This document shows positions 1 through 17,340 of a stretch of DNA of 64,000 nucleotides, piece after piece. This DNA comes from Eledone cirrhosa (Eukaryota). Numbering within the stretch: position 1 is the stretch's first letter; every line of letters begins with the position of its first letter. The stretch lies in contig OZ024740.1 in the NCBI GenBank assembly GCA_964016885.1, forward strand, positions 252,340,001 to 252,404,000. The letters are read 5' to 3'. Position numbers and translations under genes: made by a program. The notes below the pieces were generated by a model. It saw nothing but the letters and a program-made list of their open reading frames with translations, searched no databases and was not told the DNA's origin.

Positions 1-3000
1 CACCAACACCGCTCACACCACCAACACTACCAACACCACCAACACCGCTCACACCACCAACACCACTCACACCACCAACACTACCAACACCACCAACACC
101 ACTCACACCACCAACACTACCAACACCACCAACACCACTCACACCACCAACACTACAACACCACCAACACCACCAACACCACTCACACCACCAACACTAC
201 AACACCACCAACACCACCAACGCCGCTCACACCACCAATACTACCAACACCACCAACACCACTCACACCACCAACACTACCAACACCACCAACACCACTC
301 ACACCACCAACACTACAACACCACCAACACCACCAACACCACTCACACCACCAACACTACAACAACACCAACACCACCAACACCGCTCACACCACCAATA
401 CTACCAACACTACTAACACCACCAACAACACTCACACCACCAACACCACCAACACCACTCACACCACCAACACTACCAACACTACCAACACCACCAACAC
501 CACCAACACCACTCACACCACCAACACTACCAACACCACCAACACCGCTCACACCACCAACACTACCAACACCACCTACACCACTCACACCACCAACACT
601 ACCAACACCACCAACACCACTCACACCACCAACACTACAACACCACCAACACCACCAACACCACTCACACCACCAACACTACAACACCACCAACACCACC
701 AACACCGCTCACACCACCAATACTACCAACACCACCAACACTACTCACACCACCAACACTACCAACACCACCAACACCACTCACACCACCAACTCTACAA
801 CACCACCAACACCACCAACACCACTCACACCACCAACACTACAACAACACCAACACCACCAACACCGCTCACACCACCAATACTACCAACACTACCAACA
901 CCACCAACAACACTCACACCACCAAAACCACCAACACCACTCACACCACCAACACTACCAACACCACCAACACCGCTCACACCACCAACACTACCAACAC
1001 CACCAACACCACTCACACCACTCACACCACCAACACTACCAACACCGCTCACACCACCAACACTACCAACACCACCAACACTACTAACACCACCAACACC
1101 GCCAACACTACCAACACTACCAACACCACTCACACCACCAACACTACCAACACCACCAACACCGCTCACACTACCAACACTACCAACACCACCAACAGTA
1201 CTCACACCACCAACACTACCAACAGCACCAACACCACTCATATCACCAACACCACTCACACCACCAACACCGCTCACACCACCAACACTACAAACACCAC
1301 CAACACCACTCACACCACCAAAACCGCTCACACCACCAACACTACCAACACCACCAACACTACCAACACCACCAACACCAGTCACACCACCAACACTACC
1401 AACACTACCAACACCACCAACACTACCAACACCACCAACACCACTCACACCACCAACACCGCTCACACCACCAACACTACCAACACCACCAACACCACCA
1501 ACACCACTCACACCACCAACACTACCAACACCACCAACACCGTTCACACCACCAACACCGCTCACACCACCAACACTACCAACACCACCAACACCACTCA
1601 CACCACCAACACTACCAACACCACCAACACCACTCACACCACCAACACTACAACACCACCAACACCACCAACACCACTCACACCACCAACACTACAACAC
1701 CACCAACACCACCAATGCCGCTCACACCACCAATACTACCAACACCACCAACACCACTCACACCACCAACACTACCAACACCACCAACACCACTCACACC
1801 ACCAACACTACAACACCACCAACACCACCAACACCACTCACACCACCAACACTACAACAACACCAACACCACCAACACCGCTCACACCACCAATACTACC
1901 AACACTACTAACACCACCAACAACACTCACACCACCAACACCACCAACACCACTCACACCACCAACACTACCAACACTACCAACACCACCAACACCACCA
2001 ACACCACTCACACCACCAACACTACCAACACCACCAACACTACCAACACCACCAACACCGCTCACACCACCAACACTACCAACACCACCTACACCACTCA
2101 CACCACCAACACTACCAACACCACCAACACCACTCACACCACCAACACTACAACACCACCAACACCACCAACACCACTCACACCACCAACACTACAACAC
2201 CACCAACACCACCAACACCGCTCACACCACCAATACTACCAACACCACCAACACTACTCACACCACCAACACTACCAACACCACCAACACCACTCACACC
2301 ACCAACACTACAACACCACCAACACCACCAACACCACTCACACCACCAACACTACAACAACACCAACACCACCAACACCGCTCACACCACCAATACTACC
2401 AACACTACCAACACCACCAACAACACTCACACCACCAACACCACCAACACCACTCACACCACCAACACTACAACACCACCAACACCACCAACACCGCTCA
2501 CACCACCAATACTACCAACACCACCAACACTACTCACACCACCAACACTACCAACACCACCAACACCACTCACACCACCAACACTACAACACCACCAACA
2601 CCACCAACACCACTCACACCACCAACACTACAACAACACCAACACCACCAACACCGCTCACACCACCAATACTACCAACACTACCAACACCACCAACAAC
2701 ACTCACACCACCAAAACCACCAACACCACTCACACCACCAACACTACCAACACCACCAACACCGCTCACACCACCAACACTACCAACACCACCAACACCA
2801 CTCACACCACTCACACCACCAACACTACCAACACCGCTCACACCACCAACACTACTAACACCACCAACACCGCCAACACTACCAACACTACCAACACCAC
2901 TCACACCACCAACACTACCAACACCACCAACACCGCTCACACTACCAACACTACCAACACCACCAACAGTACTCACACCACCAACACTACCAACACCACC

Positions 3001-6000
3001 AACACCACTCATATCACCAACACCACTCACACCACCAAAACGGCTCACACCACCAACACTACCAACACCACCAACACTACAAACACCACCAACACTACTA
3101 ACACCAACAAAACCGCTCACACCATCAACACTACCAACACCACCAACACTACCAACACCACCAACACTACCAACACCACCAAAACCGCTCACACCATCAA
3201 CACTACCAACACCACCAACACCACCAACACTACCAACAGCACCAACACCCCTCACCCCACCAACACCGCTCACACCACCAACACTACCAACACCACTCAC
3301 ACCACCAACACTACCAACACCACCAACACTACCAACACCACCAAAACCGCTCACACCATCAACACTACCAACACCACCAACACTACCAACACCACCAACA
3401 CTACCAACACCACCAACACCACTCACACCACCAACACTACCAACACCACCAACACCACCAACACCGCTCACACCACCAACACTACCAACACCACCAACAC
3501 TACCAACACCACCAAAACCGCTCACACCATCAACACTACCAACACCACCAACACTACCAACACCACCAACACTACCAACACCACCAACACTACCAACACC
3601 ACCAAAACCGCTCACACCACCAACACTACCAACACCACCAACACCACCAACACTACCAACATCACCAACACCCCTCAACCCACCAACACCGCTCACACCA
3701 CCAACACTACCAACACCACCAACACTACCAACACTACCAACACCACCAACACCACTCACACCACCAACACTAGCAACACCACCAACACCACTCACACGGC
3801 TCACACCACCAACACTACCAACACCACCAACACCACTGACACCACCAACACTACCAACACCACCAACACCACTCACACCACCAACACCACCAACACTACC
3901 AACACCACTCACACCACCAACACTACCAACACCACCAACACCACTCACACCACCAACACCACCAACACTACCAACACCACTCACACCACCAACACTACAA
4001 CACCACCAACACCACCAACACTACCAACACCACTAACACCGCTCACACCACCAAAACCGCTCACACCACCAACACTACCAACACCAGCAACACCACTCAC
4101 ACCACCAACACCGCTCACACCACCAACACTACAACACCACTAACACCACTCACACCACCAACACTACAACACCACCAACACCACCAACACCACTCACACC
4201 ACCAACACTACAACACCACCAACACCACCAACACCGCTCACACCACCAATACTACCAACACTACCAACACCACCAACAACACTCACACCACCAACACTAC
4301 CAACACTACCAACACCACTCACACCACCAACACCACTCACACGACTCACACCACCAACACTACCAACACTACCAACACCACTTACACCACCAACACCACC
4401 AACACCACCAACACCACTCACACCACCAACACCACCAACACTACCAACACCACCAACACTACCAACACCACCAACACTACCAACACCACCAACACCACTC
4501 ACACCACCAACACTACAACACCACCAACACCACCAACACCACTCACACCACCCACACCACCAACACTACAACACCACCAACACCACCAACACCACTCACA
4601 CAACCAACACTACAACACCACCAACACCACCAACACCGCTCACACCACCAATACTACCAACACCACCAACACTACTCACACCACCAACACTACCAACACC
4701 ACCAACACCACTCACACCACCAACACTACAACACCACCAACACCACCAACACCACTCACACCACCAACACTACAACAACACCAACACCACTAACACCGCT
4801 CACACCACCAATACTACCAACACTACCAACACCACCAACAACACTCACACCACCAAAACCACCAACACCACTCACACCACCAACACTACCAACACCACCA
4901 ACACCGCTCACACCACCAACACTACCAACACCACCAACACCACTCACACCACTCACACCACCAACACTACCCACACCGCTCACACCACCAACACTACCAA
5001 CACCACTAACACTACTAACACCACCAACACCGCCAACACTACCAACACTACCAACACCACTCAAACCACCAACACTACCAACACCACCAACACCGCTCAC
5101 ACCACCAACACTACCAACACCACCAACAGTACTCACACCACCAACACCGCTCACACCACCAACACCACTCATATCACCAACACCACTCACACCACCAACA
5201 CCGCTCACACCACCAACACTACAAACACCACCAACACCACACACACCACTCACACCACCAACACAACCAACACCACCAACATCGCTCACACCACCAAAAC
5301 CGCTCACACCACCAACACTACCAACACCACCAACACTACCAACACCACCAAAACCGCTCACACCATCAACACTACCAACACCACCAACACTACCAACACC
5401 ACCAACACTACCAACAGCACCAACACCCCTCACCCCACCAACACCGCTCACACCACCAACACTACCAACACCACTCACACCACCAACACTACCAACACCA
5501 CCAACACTACCAACACCACCAAAACCGCTCACACCATCAACACTACCAACACCACCAACACTACCAACACCACCAACACTACCAACACCACCAACACCAC
5601 TCACACCACCAACACTACCAACACCACCAACATCACCAACACCGCTCACACCACCAACACTACCAACACCACCAACACTACCAACACCACCAAAACCGCT
5701 CACACCATCAACACTACCAACACCACCAACACTACCAACACCACCAACACTACCAACACCACCAACACTACCAACACCACCAACACTACCAACACCACCA
5801 AAACCGCTCACACCACCAACACTACCAACACCACCAACACCACCAACACTACCAACATCACCAACACCCCTCAACCCACCAACACCGCTCACACCACCAA
5901 CACTATCAACACCACCAACACTACCAACACTACCAACACCACCAACACCACTCACACCACCAACACTAGCAACACCACCAACACCACTCACACGGCTCAC

Positions 6001-9000
6001 ACCACCAACACTACCAACACCACTCACACCACCAACACTACCAACACCACCAACACCACTCACACCACCAACACCACCAACACTACCAACACCACTCACA
6101 CCACCAACACTACAACACCACCAACACCACCAACACTACCAACACCACTAACACCGCTCACACCACCAAAACCGCTCACAGCACCAACACTACCAACACC
6201 AGCAACACCACTCACACCACCAACACCGCTCACACCACCAACACTACAACACCACTAACACCACTCACACCACCAACACTACAACACCACCAACACCACC
6301 AACACCACTCACACCACCAACACTACAACACCACCAACACCACCAACACCGCTCACACCACCAATACTACCAACACTACCAACACCACCAACAACACTCA
6401 CACCACCAACACTACCAACAATACCAACACCACTCACACCACCAACACCACTCACACGACTCACACCACCAACACTACCAACACCACCAACACCACTCAC
6501 ACCACCAACACTACCAACACCACCAACACCAGTCACACCACCAACACTACCAACACTACCAACACCACCAACACTACCAACACCACCAACACCACTCACA
6601 CCACCAACACCGCTCACACCACCAACACTACCAACACCACCAACACCACCAACACCACTCACACCACCAACACTACCAACACCACCAACACCGTTCACAC
6701 CACCAACACCGCTCACACCACCAACACTACCAACACCACCAACACCGCTCACACCACCAACACCACTCACACCACCAACACTACCAACACCACCAACACT
6801 ACTCACACCACCAACACTACCAACACCACCAACACCACTCACACCACCAACACTACAACACCACCAACACCACCAACACCACTCACACCACCAACACTAC
6901 AACACCACCAACACCACCAACGCCGCTCACACCACCAATACTACCAACACCACCAACACCACTCACACCACCAACACTACCAACACCACCAACACCACTC
7001 ACACCACCAACACTACAACACCACCAACACCACCAACACCACTCACACCACCAACACTACAACAACACCAACACCACCAACACCGCTCACACCACCAATA
7101 CTACCAACACTACTAACACCACCAACAACACTCACACCACCAACACCACCAACACCACTCACACCACCAACACTACCAACACTACCAACACCACCAACAC
7201 CACCAACACCACTCACACCACCAACACTACCAACACCACCAACACCGCTCACACCACCAACACTACCAACACCACCTACACCACTCACACCACCAGCACT
7301 ACCAACACCACCAACACCACTCACACCACCAACACTACAACACCACCAACACCACCAACACCACTCACACCACCAATACTACCAACACTACCAACACCAC
7401 CAACAACACTCACACCACCAAAACCACCAACACCACTCACACCACCAACACTACCAACACCACCAACACCACCAACACCACTCACACCACCAACACTACC
7501 AACACCACCAACACCGCTCACACCACCAACACTACCAACACCACCTACACCACTCACACCACCAGCACTACCAACACCACCAACACCACTCACACCACCA
7601 ACACTACAACACCACCAACACCACCAACACCGCTCACACCACCAATACTACCAACACTACCAACACCACCAACAACACTCACACCACCAAAACCACCAAC
7701 ACCACTCACACCACCAACACTACCAACACCACCAACACCGCTCACACCACCAACACTACCAACACCACCAACACCACTCACACCACTCACACCACCAACA
7801 CTACCAACACCGCTCACACCACCAACACTACCAACACCACCAACACTACTAACACCACCAACACCGCCAACACTACCAACACTACCAACACCACTCACAC
7901 CACCAACACTACCAACATCACCAATACCGCTCACACTACCCACACTACCAACACCACCAACAGTACTCACACCACCAACACTACCAACACCACCAACACC
8001 ACTCATATCACCAACACCACTCACACCACCAACACCGCTCACACCACCAACACTACAAACACCACCAACACCACTCACACCACCAAAACCGCTCACACCA
8101 CCAACACTACCAACACCACCAACACTACCAACACCACCAACACCAGTCACACCACCAACACTACCAACACTACCAACACCACCAACACTACCAACACCAC
8201 CAACACCACTCACACCACCAACACCGCTCACACCACCAACACTACCAACACCACCAACACCACCAACACCACTCACACCACCAACACTACCAACACCTCC
8301 AACACCGTTCACACCACCAACACCGCTCACACCACCAACACTACCAACACCACCAACACCGCTCACACCACCAACACCACTCACACCACCAACACTACCA
8401 ACACCACCAACACCACTCACACCACCAACACTACCAACACCACCAACACCACTCACACCACCAACACTACAACACCACCAACACCACCAACACCACTCAC
8501 ACCACCAACACTACAACACCACCAACACCACCAACGCCGCTCACACCACCAATACTACCAACACCACCAACACCACTCACACCACCAACACTACCAACAC
8601 CACCAACACCACTCACACCACCAACACTACAACACCACCAACACCACCAACACCACTCACACCACCAACACTACAACAACACCAACACCACCAACACCGC
8701 TCACACCACCAATACTACCAACAATACCAACACCACCAACAACACTCACACCACCAAAACCACCAACACCACTCACACCACCAACACTACCAACACCACC
8801 AACACCGCTCACACCACCAACACTACCAACACCACCAACACCACTCACACCACTCACACCACCAACACTACCAACACCGCTCACACCACCAACACTACCA
8901 ACACAACCAACACTACTAACACCACCAACACCGCCAACACTACCAACACTACCAACACCACTCACACCACCAACACTACCAACACCACCAACACCGCTCA

Positions 9001-12000
9001 CACTACCAACACTACTAACACCACCAACAGTACTCACACCACCAACACTACCAACACCATCAACACCACTCATATCACCAACACCACTCACACCACCAAC
9101 ACCGCTCACACCACCAAAACTACAAACACCACCAACACCACTCACACCACCAAAACCGCTCACACCACCAACACTACCAACACCACCAACACTACCAACA
9201 CCACCAAAACCGCTCACACCATCAACACTACCAACACCACCAACACTACCAACACCACCAACACTACCAACACCACCAAAACCGCTCACACCATCAACAC
9301 TACCAACACCACCAACACCACCAACACTACCAACAGCACCAACACCCCTCACCCCACCAACACCGCTCACACCACCAACACTACCAACACCACTCACACC
9401 ACCAACACTACCAACACCACCAACACTACCAACACCACCAAAACCGCTCACACCATCAACACTACCAACACCACCAACACTACCAACACCACCAACACTA
9501 CCAACACCACCAACACCACTCACACCACCAACACTACCAACACCACCAACACCACCAACACCGCTCACACCACCAACACTACCAACACCACCAACACTAC
9601 CAACACCACCAACACTACCAACATCACCAACACCCCTCAACCCACCAACACCGCTCACACCACCAACACTACCAACACCACCAACACTACCAACACTACC
9701 AACACCACCAACACCACTCACACCACCAACACTAGCAACACCACCAACACCACTCACACGGCTCACACCACCAACACTACCAACACCACCAACACCACTC
9801 ACACCACCAACACTACCAACACCACCAACACGACTCACACCACCAACACCACCAACACTACCAACACCACTCACACCACCAACACTACCAACACCACCAA
9901 CACCACTCACACCACCAACACCACCAACACTACCAACACCACTCACACCACCAACACTACAACACCACCAACACCACCAACACTACCAACACCACTAACA
10001 CCGCTCACACCACCAAAACCGCTCACACCACCAACACTACCAACACCAGCAACACCACTCACACCACCAACACCGCTCACACCACCAACACTACAACACC
10101 ACTAACACCACTCACACCACCAACACTACAACACCACCAACACCACCAACACCACTCACACCACCAACACTACAACACCACCAACACCACCAACACCGCT
10201 CACACCACCAATACTACCAACACTACCAACACCACCAACAACACTCACACCACCAACACTACCAACACTACCAACACCACTCACACCACCAACACCACTC
10301 ACACGACTCACACCACCAACACTACCAACACTACCAACACCACTTACACCACCAACACCACCAACACCACCAACACCACTCACACCACCAACACCACCAA
10401 CACTACCAACACCACCAACACTACCAACACCACCAACACTACCAACACCACCAACACCACTCACACCACCAACACTACAACACCACCAACACCACCAACA
10501 CCACTCACACCACCAACACTACAACACCACCAACACCACCAACACCGCTCACACCACCAATACTACCAACACTACCAACACCACCAACAACACTCACACC
10601 ACCAAAACCACCAACACCACTCACACCACCAACACTACCAACACCACCAACACCGCTCACACCACCAACACTACCAACACCACCAACACCACTCACACCA
10701 CTCACACCACCAACACTACCCACACCGCTCACACCACCAACACTACCAACACCACCAACACTACTAACACCACCAACACCGCCAACACTACCAACACTAC
10801 CAACACCACTCGCACCACCAACACTACCAACACCACCAACACCGCTCACACCACCAACACTACCAACACCACCAACAGTACTCACACCACCAACACTACC
10901 AACACCACCAACATCACTCATATCACCAACACCACTCACACCACCAACACCGCTCACACCGCTCACACCACCAACACTACAAACACCACCAACACCACAC
11001 ACACCACTCACACAACCAACACAACCAACACCACCAACATCGCTCACACCACCAAAACCGCTCACACCACCAACACTACCAACACCACCAACACTACCAA
11101 CACCACCAACACTATCAACACCACCAAAACCGCTCACACCATCAACACTACCAACACCACCAACACTACCAACACCACCAACACTACCAACACCACCAAA
11201 ACCGCTCACACCATCAACACTACCAACACCACCAACACCACCAACACTACCAACAGCACCAACACCCCTCACCCCACCAACACCGCTCACACCACCAACA
11301 CTACCAACACCACTCACACCACCAACACTACCAACACCACCAACACTACCAACACCACCAAAACCGCTCACACCATCAACACTACCAACACCACCAACAC
11401 TACCAACACCACCAACACTACCAACACCACCAACACTACCAACACCACCAAAACCGCTCACACCACCAACACTACCAACACCACCAACACCACCAACACT
11501 ACCAACATCACCAACACCCCTCAACCCACCAACACCGCTCACACCACCAACACTACCAACACCACCAACACTACCAACACTACCAACACCACCAACACCA
11601 CTCACACCACCAACACTAGCAACACCACCAGCACCACTCACACGGCTCACACCACCAACACTACCAACACCACCAACACCACTCACACCACCAACACTAC
11701 CAACACCACCAACACCACTCACACGGCTCACACCACCAACACTACCAACACCACCAACACCACTGACACCACCAACACTACCAACACCACCAACACCACT
11801 CACACCACCAACACCACCAACACTACCAACACCACTCACACCACCAACACTACAACACCACCAACACCACCAAAACTACCAACAACACTAACACCGCTCA
11901 CACCACCAACACTACCAACACCAACAACACCACTCACACCACCAACACTACCAACACCACCAACACCACTCACACGGCTCACACCACCAACACTACCAAC
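1..12000. repeat. Sub-family domain L1: mosaic of recurring 0.3-1.4 kb modules, rich in 8-bp CACTACAA units
   Basis: Recurring markers: CAGTACTCA...TATCACCAA (~1200, 2970, 5130, 7960, 9030, 10880), CACCCCTCA-ACCCACCAA (~3670, 5870, 9630, 11520), CACTAGCAA, CACGGCTCA and CACCACCTA. ORF translations at 4194-4502 and 10156-10464 are identical. Confidence 0.8.
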
Positions 12001-14910
12001 ACCACCAACACCACTGACACCACCAACACTACCAACACCACCAACACCACTCACACCACCAACACCACCAACACTACCAACACCACTCACACCACCAAAA
12101 CTACCAACACCACCAACACCACTCACACCACCAACACCATCAACACTACCAACACCGCTCACACCACCAACACTACAACACCACCAACACTACCAACACC
12201 ACTAACACCGCTCACACCACCAACACTACCAACACCACTCACACCACCAACACTACAACACCACCAACACCACCAACACTACCAACACCACTAACACCGC
12301 TCACACCACCAACACTACCAACACCACTCACACCACCAACACTACAACACCACCAACACCACCAACACCACCAACACCACTAACACCACTCACACCACCA
12401 ACACTACAACACCACCAACACCACCAACACTACCAACACCAACAACACCACTCACACCACCAAAACCGCTCACACCACCAACACTACAACACCACCAACA
12501 CCACTCACACCACCAACACTACAACACCACCAACACCACTCACACCACCAACACCACCAACACCGCTCACACCACCAATACTACCAACACTACCAACACC
12601 ACCAACAATACTCATACCACCAACACCACCAACACCACCAACACTACCAACACCACCAACACCACCAACACTACCAACACCACCAACACCACTCACATCA
12701 CCAACACCACTCACACCACCAACACCCCTCACACCACCAACACCCCTCACACCACCAACACCACTCACACCACTCACACCACCAACACCGCTCACACCAC
12801 CAACACTACAACACCACCAACACCACTCACACCACCAACACTACCAACACTACAACACCACCAACACCACCAACACCACTCACACCACCAACACCACCAA
12901 CACCGCTCACACCACCAATACTACCAACACTACCAACACCACCAACAATACTCACACCACCAACACCACCAACACCACCAACACTACCAACACCACCAAC
13001 ACCACTCACATCACCAACACCACTCACACCACCAACACCCCTCACACCACCAACACCCCTCACACCACCAACACCACTCACACCACTCACACCACCAACA
13101 CCGCTCACACCACCAACACTACAACACCACCAACACCGCTCACACCACCAACACTACAACACCACCAACACCGCTCACACCACCAACACTACAACACCAC
13201 CAACACCGCTCACACCACCAACACCACCAACACCGCTCACACCACCAACACTACAACACCACCAACACCGCTCACACCACCAACACTACAACACCACCAA
13301 CACCACTCACACCACCAACACCACCAACACCACCAATACTACCAACACCACTCACACCACCAACACCACCAACACCACCAACACCACCAACACTACAACA
13401 CCACCAACACCAACAACACCACTCACACCACCAACACCGCTCACACCACCAACACTACAACACCACCAACACCACTGACACCACCAACACTACCAACACC
13501 ACCAACACCACTCACACCACCAACACCACCAACACTACCAACACCACTCACACCACCAAAACTACCAACACCACCAACACCACTCACACCACCAACACCA
13601 CCAACACTACCAACACCGCTCACACCACCAACACTACAACACCACCAACACCACCAACACTACCAACACCACTAACACCGCTCACACCACCAACACTACC
13701 AACACCACTCACACCACCAACACTACAACACCACCAACACCACCAACACTACCAACACCACTAACACCGCTCACACCACCAACACTACCAACACCACTCA
13801 CACCACCAACACTACAACACCACCAACACCACCAACACCACCAACACCACTAACACCACTCACACCACCAACACTACAACACCACCAACACCACCAACAC
13901 TATCAACACCAACAACACCACTCACACCACCAAAACCGCTCACACCACCAACACTACAACACCACCAACACCACTCACACCACCAACACTACAACACCAC
14001 CAACACCACTCACACCACCAACACCACCAACACCGCTCACACCACCAATACTACCAACACTACCAACACCACCAACAATACTCACACCACCAACACCACA
14101 AACACCACCAACACTACCAACACCACCAACACCACTCACATCACCAACACCACTCACACCACCAACACCCCTCACACCACCAACACCCCTCACACCACCA
14201 ACACCACTCACACCACTCACACCACCAACACCGCTCACACCACCAACACTACAACACCACCAACACCACTCACACCACCAACACTACAACACCACCAACA
14301 CTACAACACCACCAACACCACCAACACCACTCACACCACCAACACCACCAACACCGCTCACACCACCAATACTACCAACACTACCAACACCACCAACAAT
14401 ACTCACACCACCAACACCACCAACACCACCAACACTACCAACACCACCAACACCACTCACATCACCAACACCACTCACACCACCAACACCCCTCACACCA
14501 CCAACACCCCTCACACCACCAACACCACTCACACCACTCACACCACCAACACCGCTCACACCACCAACACTACAACACCACCAACACCGCTCACACCACC
14601 AACACTACAACACCACCAACACCGCTCACACCACCAACACTACAACACCACCAACACCGCTCACACCACCAACACCACCAACACCGCTCACACCACCAAC
14701 ACTACAACACCACCAACACCGCTCACACCACCAACACTACAACACCACCAACACCACTCACACCACCAACACCACCAACACCACCAATACTACCAACACC
14801 ACTCACACCACCAACACCACCAACACCACCAACACCACCAACACTACAACACCACCAACACCAACAACACCACTCACACCACCAACACCGCTCACACCAC
14901 CAACACTACA
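12000..14910. repeat. Tandem duplication, unit ~1.46 kb (2 copies), each containing a ~330-bp doublet and a short run of 35-bp D-A-E-A repeats
   Basis: CACTGA marker G at 12016 and 13477 (offset 1461). CAATACTCA marker T at 12609/12949 versus 14079/14400. D units at 13099, 13134, 13169 and 13204 give a 35-bp period. Confidence 0.85.
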
Positions 14911-15049
14911 ACACCACCAACACCACTCACACCACCAACACTACAACACCACCAACACCACCAACACCACCAACACCACTCACACCACCAACACCACTCA
15001 CACCACCAACACCGCTCACACCACCAACACTACAACACCACCAACACCA

Positions 15050-17340
15050 CTCACACCACCAACACTACAACACCACCAACACTACCAACACCACCAACAC
15101 AACTCACTCCACCAACACTACCAACACCACTCACACCACCAACACTACCAACACCACCAACACCACTCACACCACCAACACTACCAACACCACCAACACC
15201 ACCAACACCACCAACACCACCAACACCACCAACACCACCAACACCGCTCACACCACCAACACTACCAACACTACCAACACCACCAACAATACTCACACCA
15301 ACAACACCACCAACACCACCAACACTACCAACACCACCAACACCACTCACATCACCAACACCACTCACACCACCAACACCCCTCACACCACCAACACCCC
15401 TCACACCACCACCACTCACACCACCAACACTACCAACACCACCAACACTACCAACACCACCAACACCACCAACACCACCAACACCGCAAACACCACCAAC
15501 ACCACCAACACCGCTCACACCACCAATACTACCAACACTACCAACACCACCAACAATACTCACACCACCAACACCACCAACACCACCAACACCACCAACA
15601 CTACCAACACCACCAACACCACTCACACCACTCACACCACCAACACCATCAACACCACTCACACCACACACACCACCAACACTACTCACACCACTCACAC
15701 CACTCACACCACCAACACTACTCACACCACCAACACCACCAACACCACCAACACTACCAACACCCCTAACACCACCAGCACCGCTGACACCACCAATACC
15801 GCTCACACCACCAACACTACCAACACCACCAACACTACCAACACCACCAACACCACCAACACCACCAACACCACTCACACCACCAACACCACTCACACCA
15901 CCAACACCACCAACACCACCAACACCACCAACACCACCAACACCACTCACACCACCAACATCACTCACACCACCAACACTACCAACACCACCAACACCAC
16001 CAACACCACTCACACCACCAACATCCCCAACACCACCAACACCACTCACACCACCAACGCTACCAACACCACCAACACCCCTCACACCCCCAACACCACC
16101 AACACCACTCACACCACCAACACCACCAACACCACCAACACCACTCACATCACCAACACCACTCACACCACCAACACCGCTCACACCACCAACACTACCA
16201 ACACCACCAACACCACCAACACCGCTCACACCACCAACACTACCAACACCACCAACACCACTCACATCACCAACACCACTCACACCACCAACACTACTCA
16301 CACCACCAACACCACCAACACCACCAACACCACTCACACCACCAACACTACTCACACCACCAACACCACCAACACCACCAACACCGCTCACACCACCAAC
16401 ACTACCAACACCACCAACACCACTCACATCACCAACACCACTCACACCACCAACACTACTCACACCACCAACACCACTCACACCACCAACACTACAACAC
16501 CACCAACACCACCAACACCACTCACACCACCAACACTACTCACACCACCAACAACACCAACACTACCAACACCACCAACACCACTCACACCACCAACACT
16601 ACCAACACCACCAACACCACTCACACCACCAACACCGCTCACACCACCAACACCACCAACACCACCAACACCACTCACATCACCAACACCACTCACACCA
16701 CCAACACCGCTCACACCACCAACACTACCAACACCACCAACACCACCAGCACCGCTCACACCACCAACACTACCAACACCACCAACACTACCAACACCAC
16801 CAACACCACTCACATCACCAACACCACTCACACCACCAACACCACTCACACCACCAACACCGCTACACCACCAACACCACCAACACCACCAACACCACTC
16901 ACATCACCAACACCACTCACACCACCAACACTACTCACACCACCAACACCACCAACACCACCAACACCACTCACACCACCAACACCGCTCACACCACCAA
17001 CACCACCAACACCACCAACACCACTCACATCACCAACACCACTCACACCACCAACACCGCTCACACCACCAACACTACCGATACACCACCAACACCACCA
17101 ACACCGCTCACACCACCAACACTACTCACACCACCAACAACACCAACACTACCAACACCACCAACACCACTCACACCACCAACACCACCAACACCACCAA
17201 CACCACTCACACCACCAACACTACTCACACCACCAACAACACCAACACTACCAACACCACCAACACCACTCACACCACCAACACTACCAACACCACCAAC
17301 ACCACTCACACCACCAACACCACCAACACCACTCACACCA
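15050..17340. repeat. Divergent sub-family island: A-run-rich, with many CATCACCAA and CACTACTCA units and few 8-bp units
   Basis: Long (CACCACCAA)n runs at ~15190-15240 and 15895-15940. Frequent CATCACCAA and CACTACTCA at 15.7-17.2 kb. The L1 markers are absent until CACCGTTCA returns at ~17363. Confidence 0.65.

Noticed and set aside
1715-4036. 773-aa + strand ORF (Pro/Thr, His/Gln and Thr/Asn blocks; mucin/extensin-like)
   Set aside because: Its ATG is a single-copy point variant of ACG. The product just cycles through the three frames of the repeat at each 8-bp unit, with no non-repetitive sequence.
7290-7297. Chi-like motifs: GCTGGTGG on the minus strand (also 7559-7566), and GTTGGTGG in most A units
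   Set aside because: These follow directly from the monomer sequence. Nothing indicates a bacterial RecBCD context, and exact Chi copies are sporadic SNVs.
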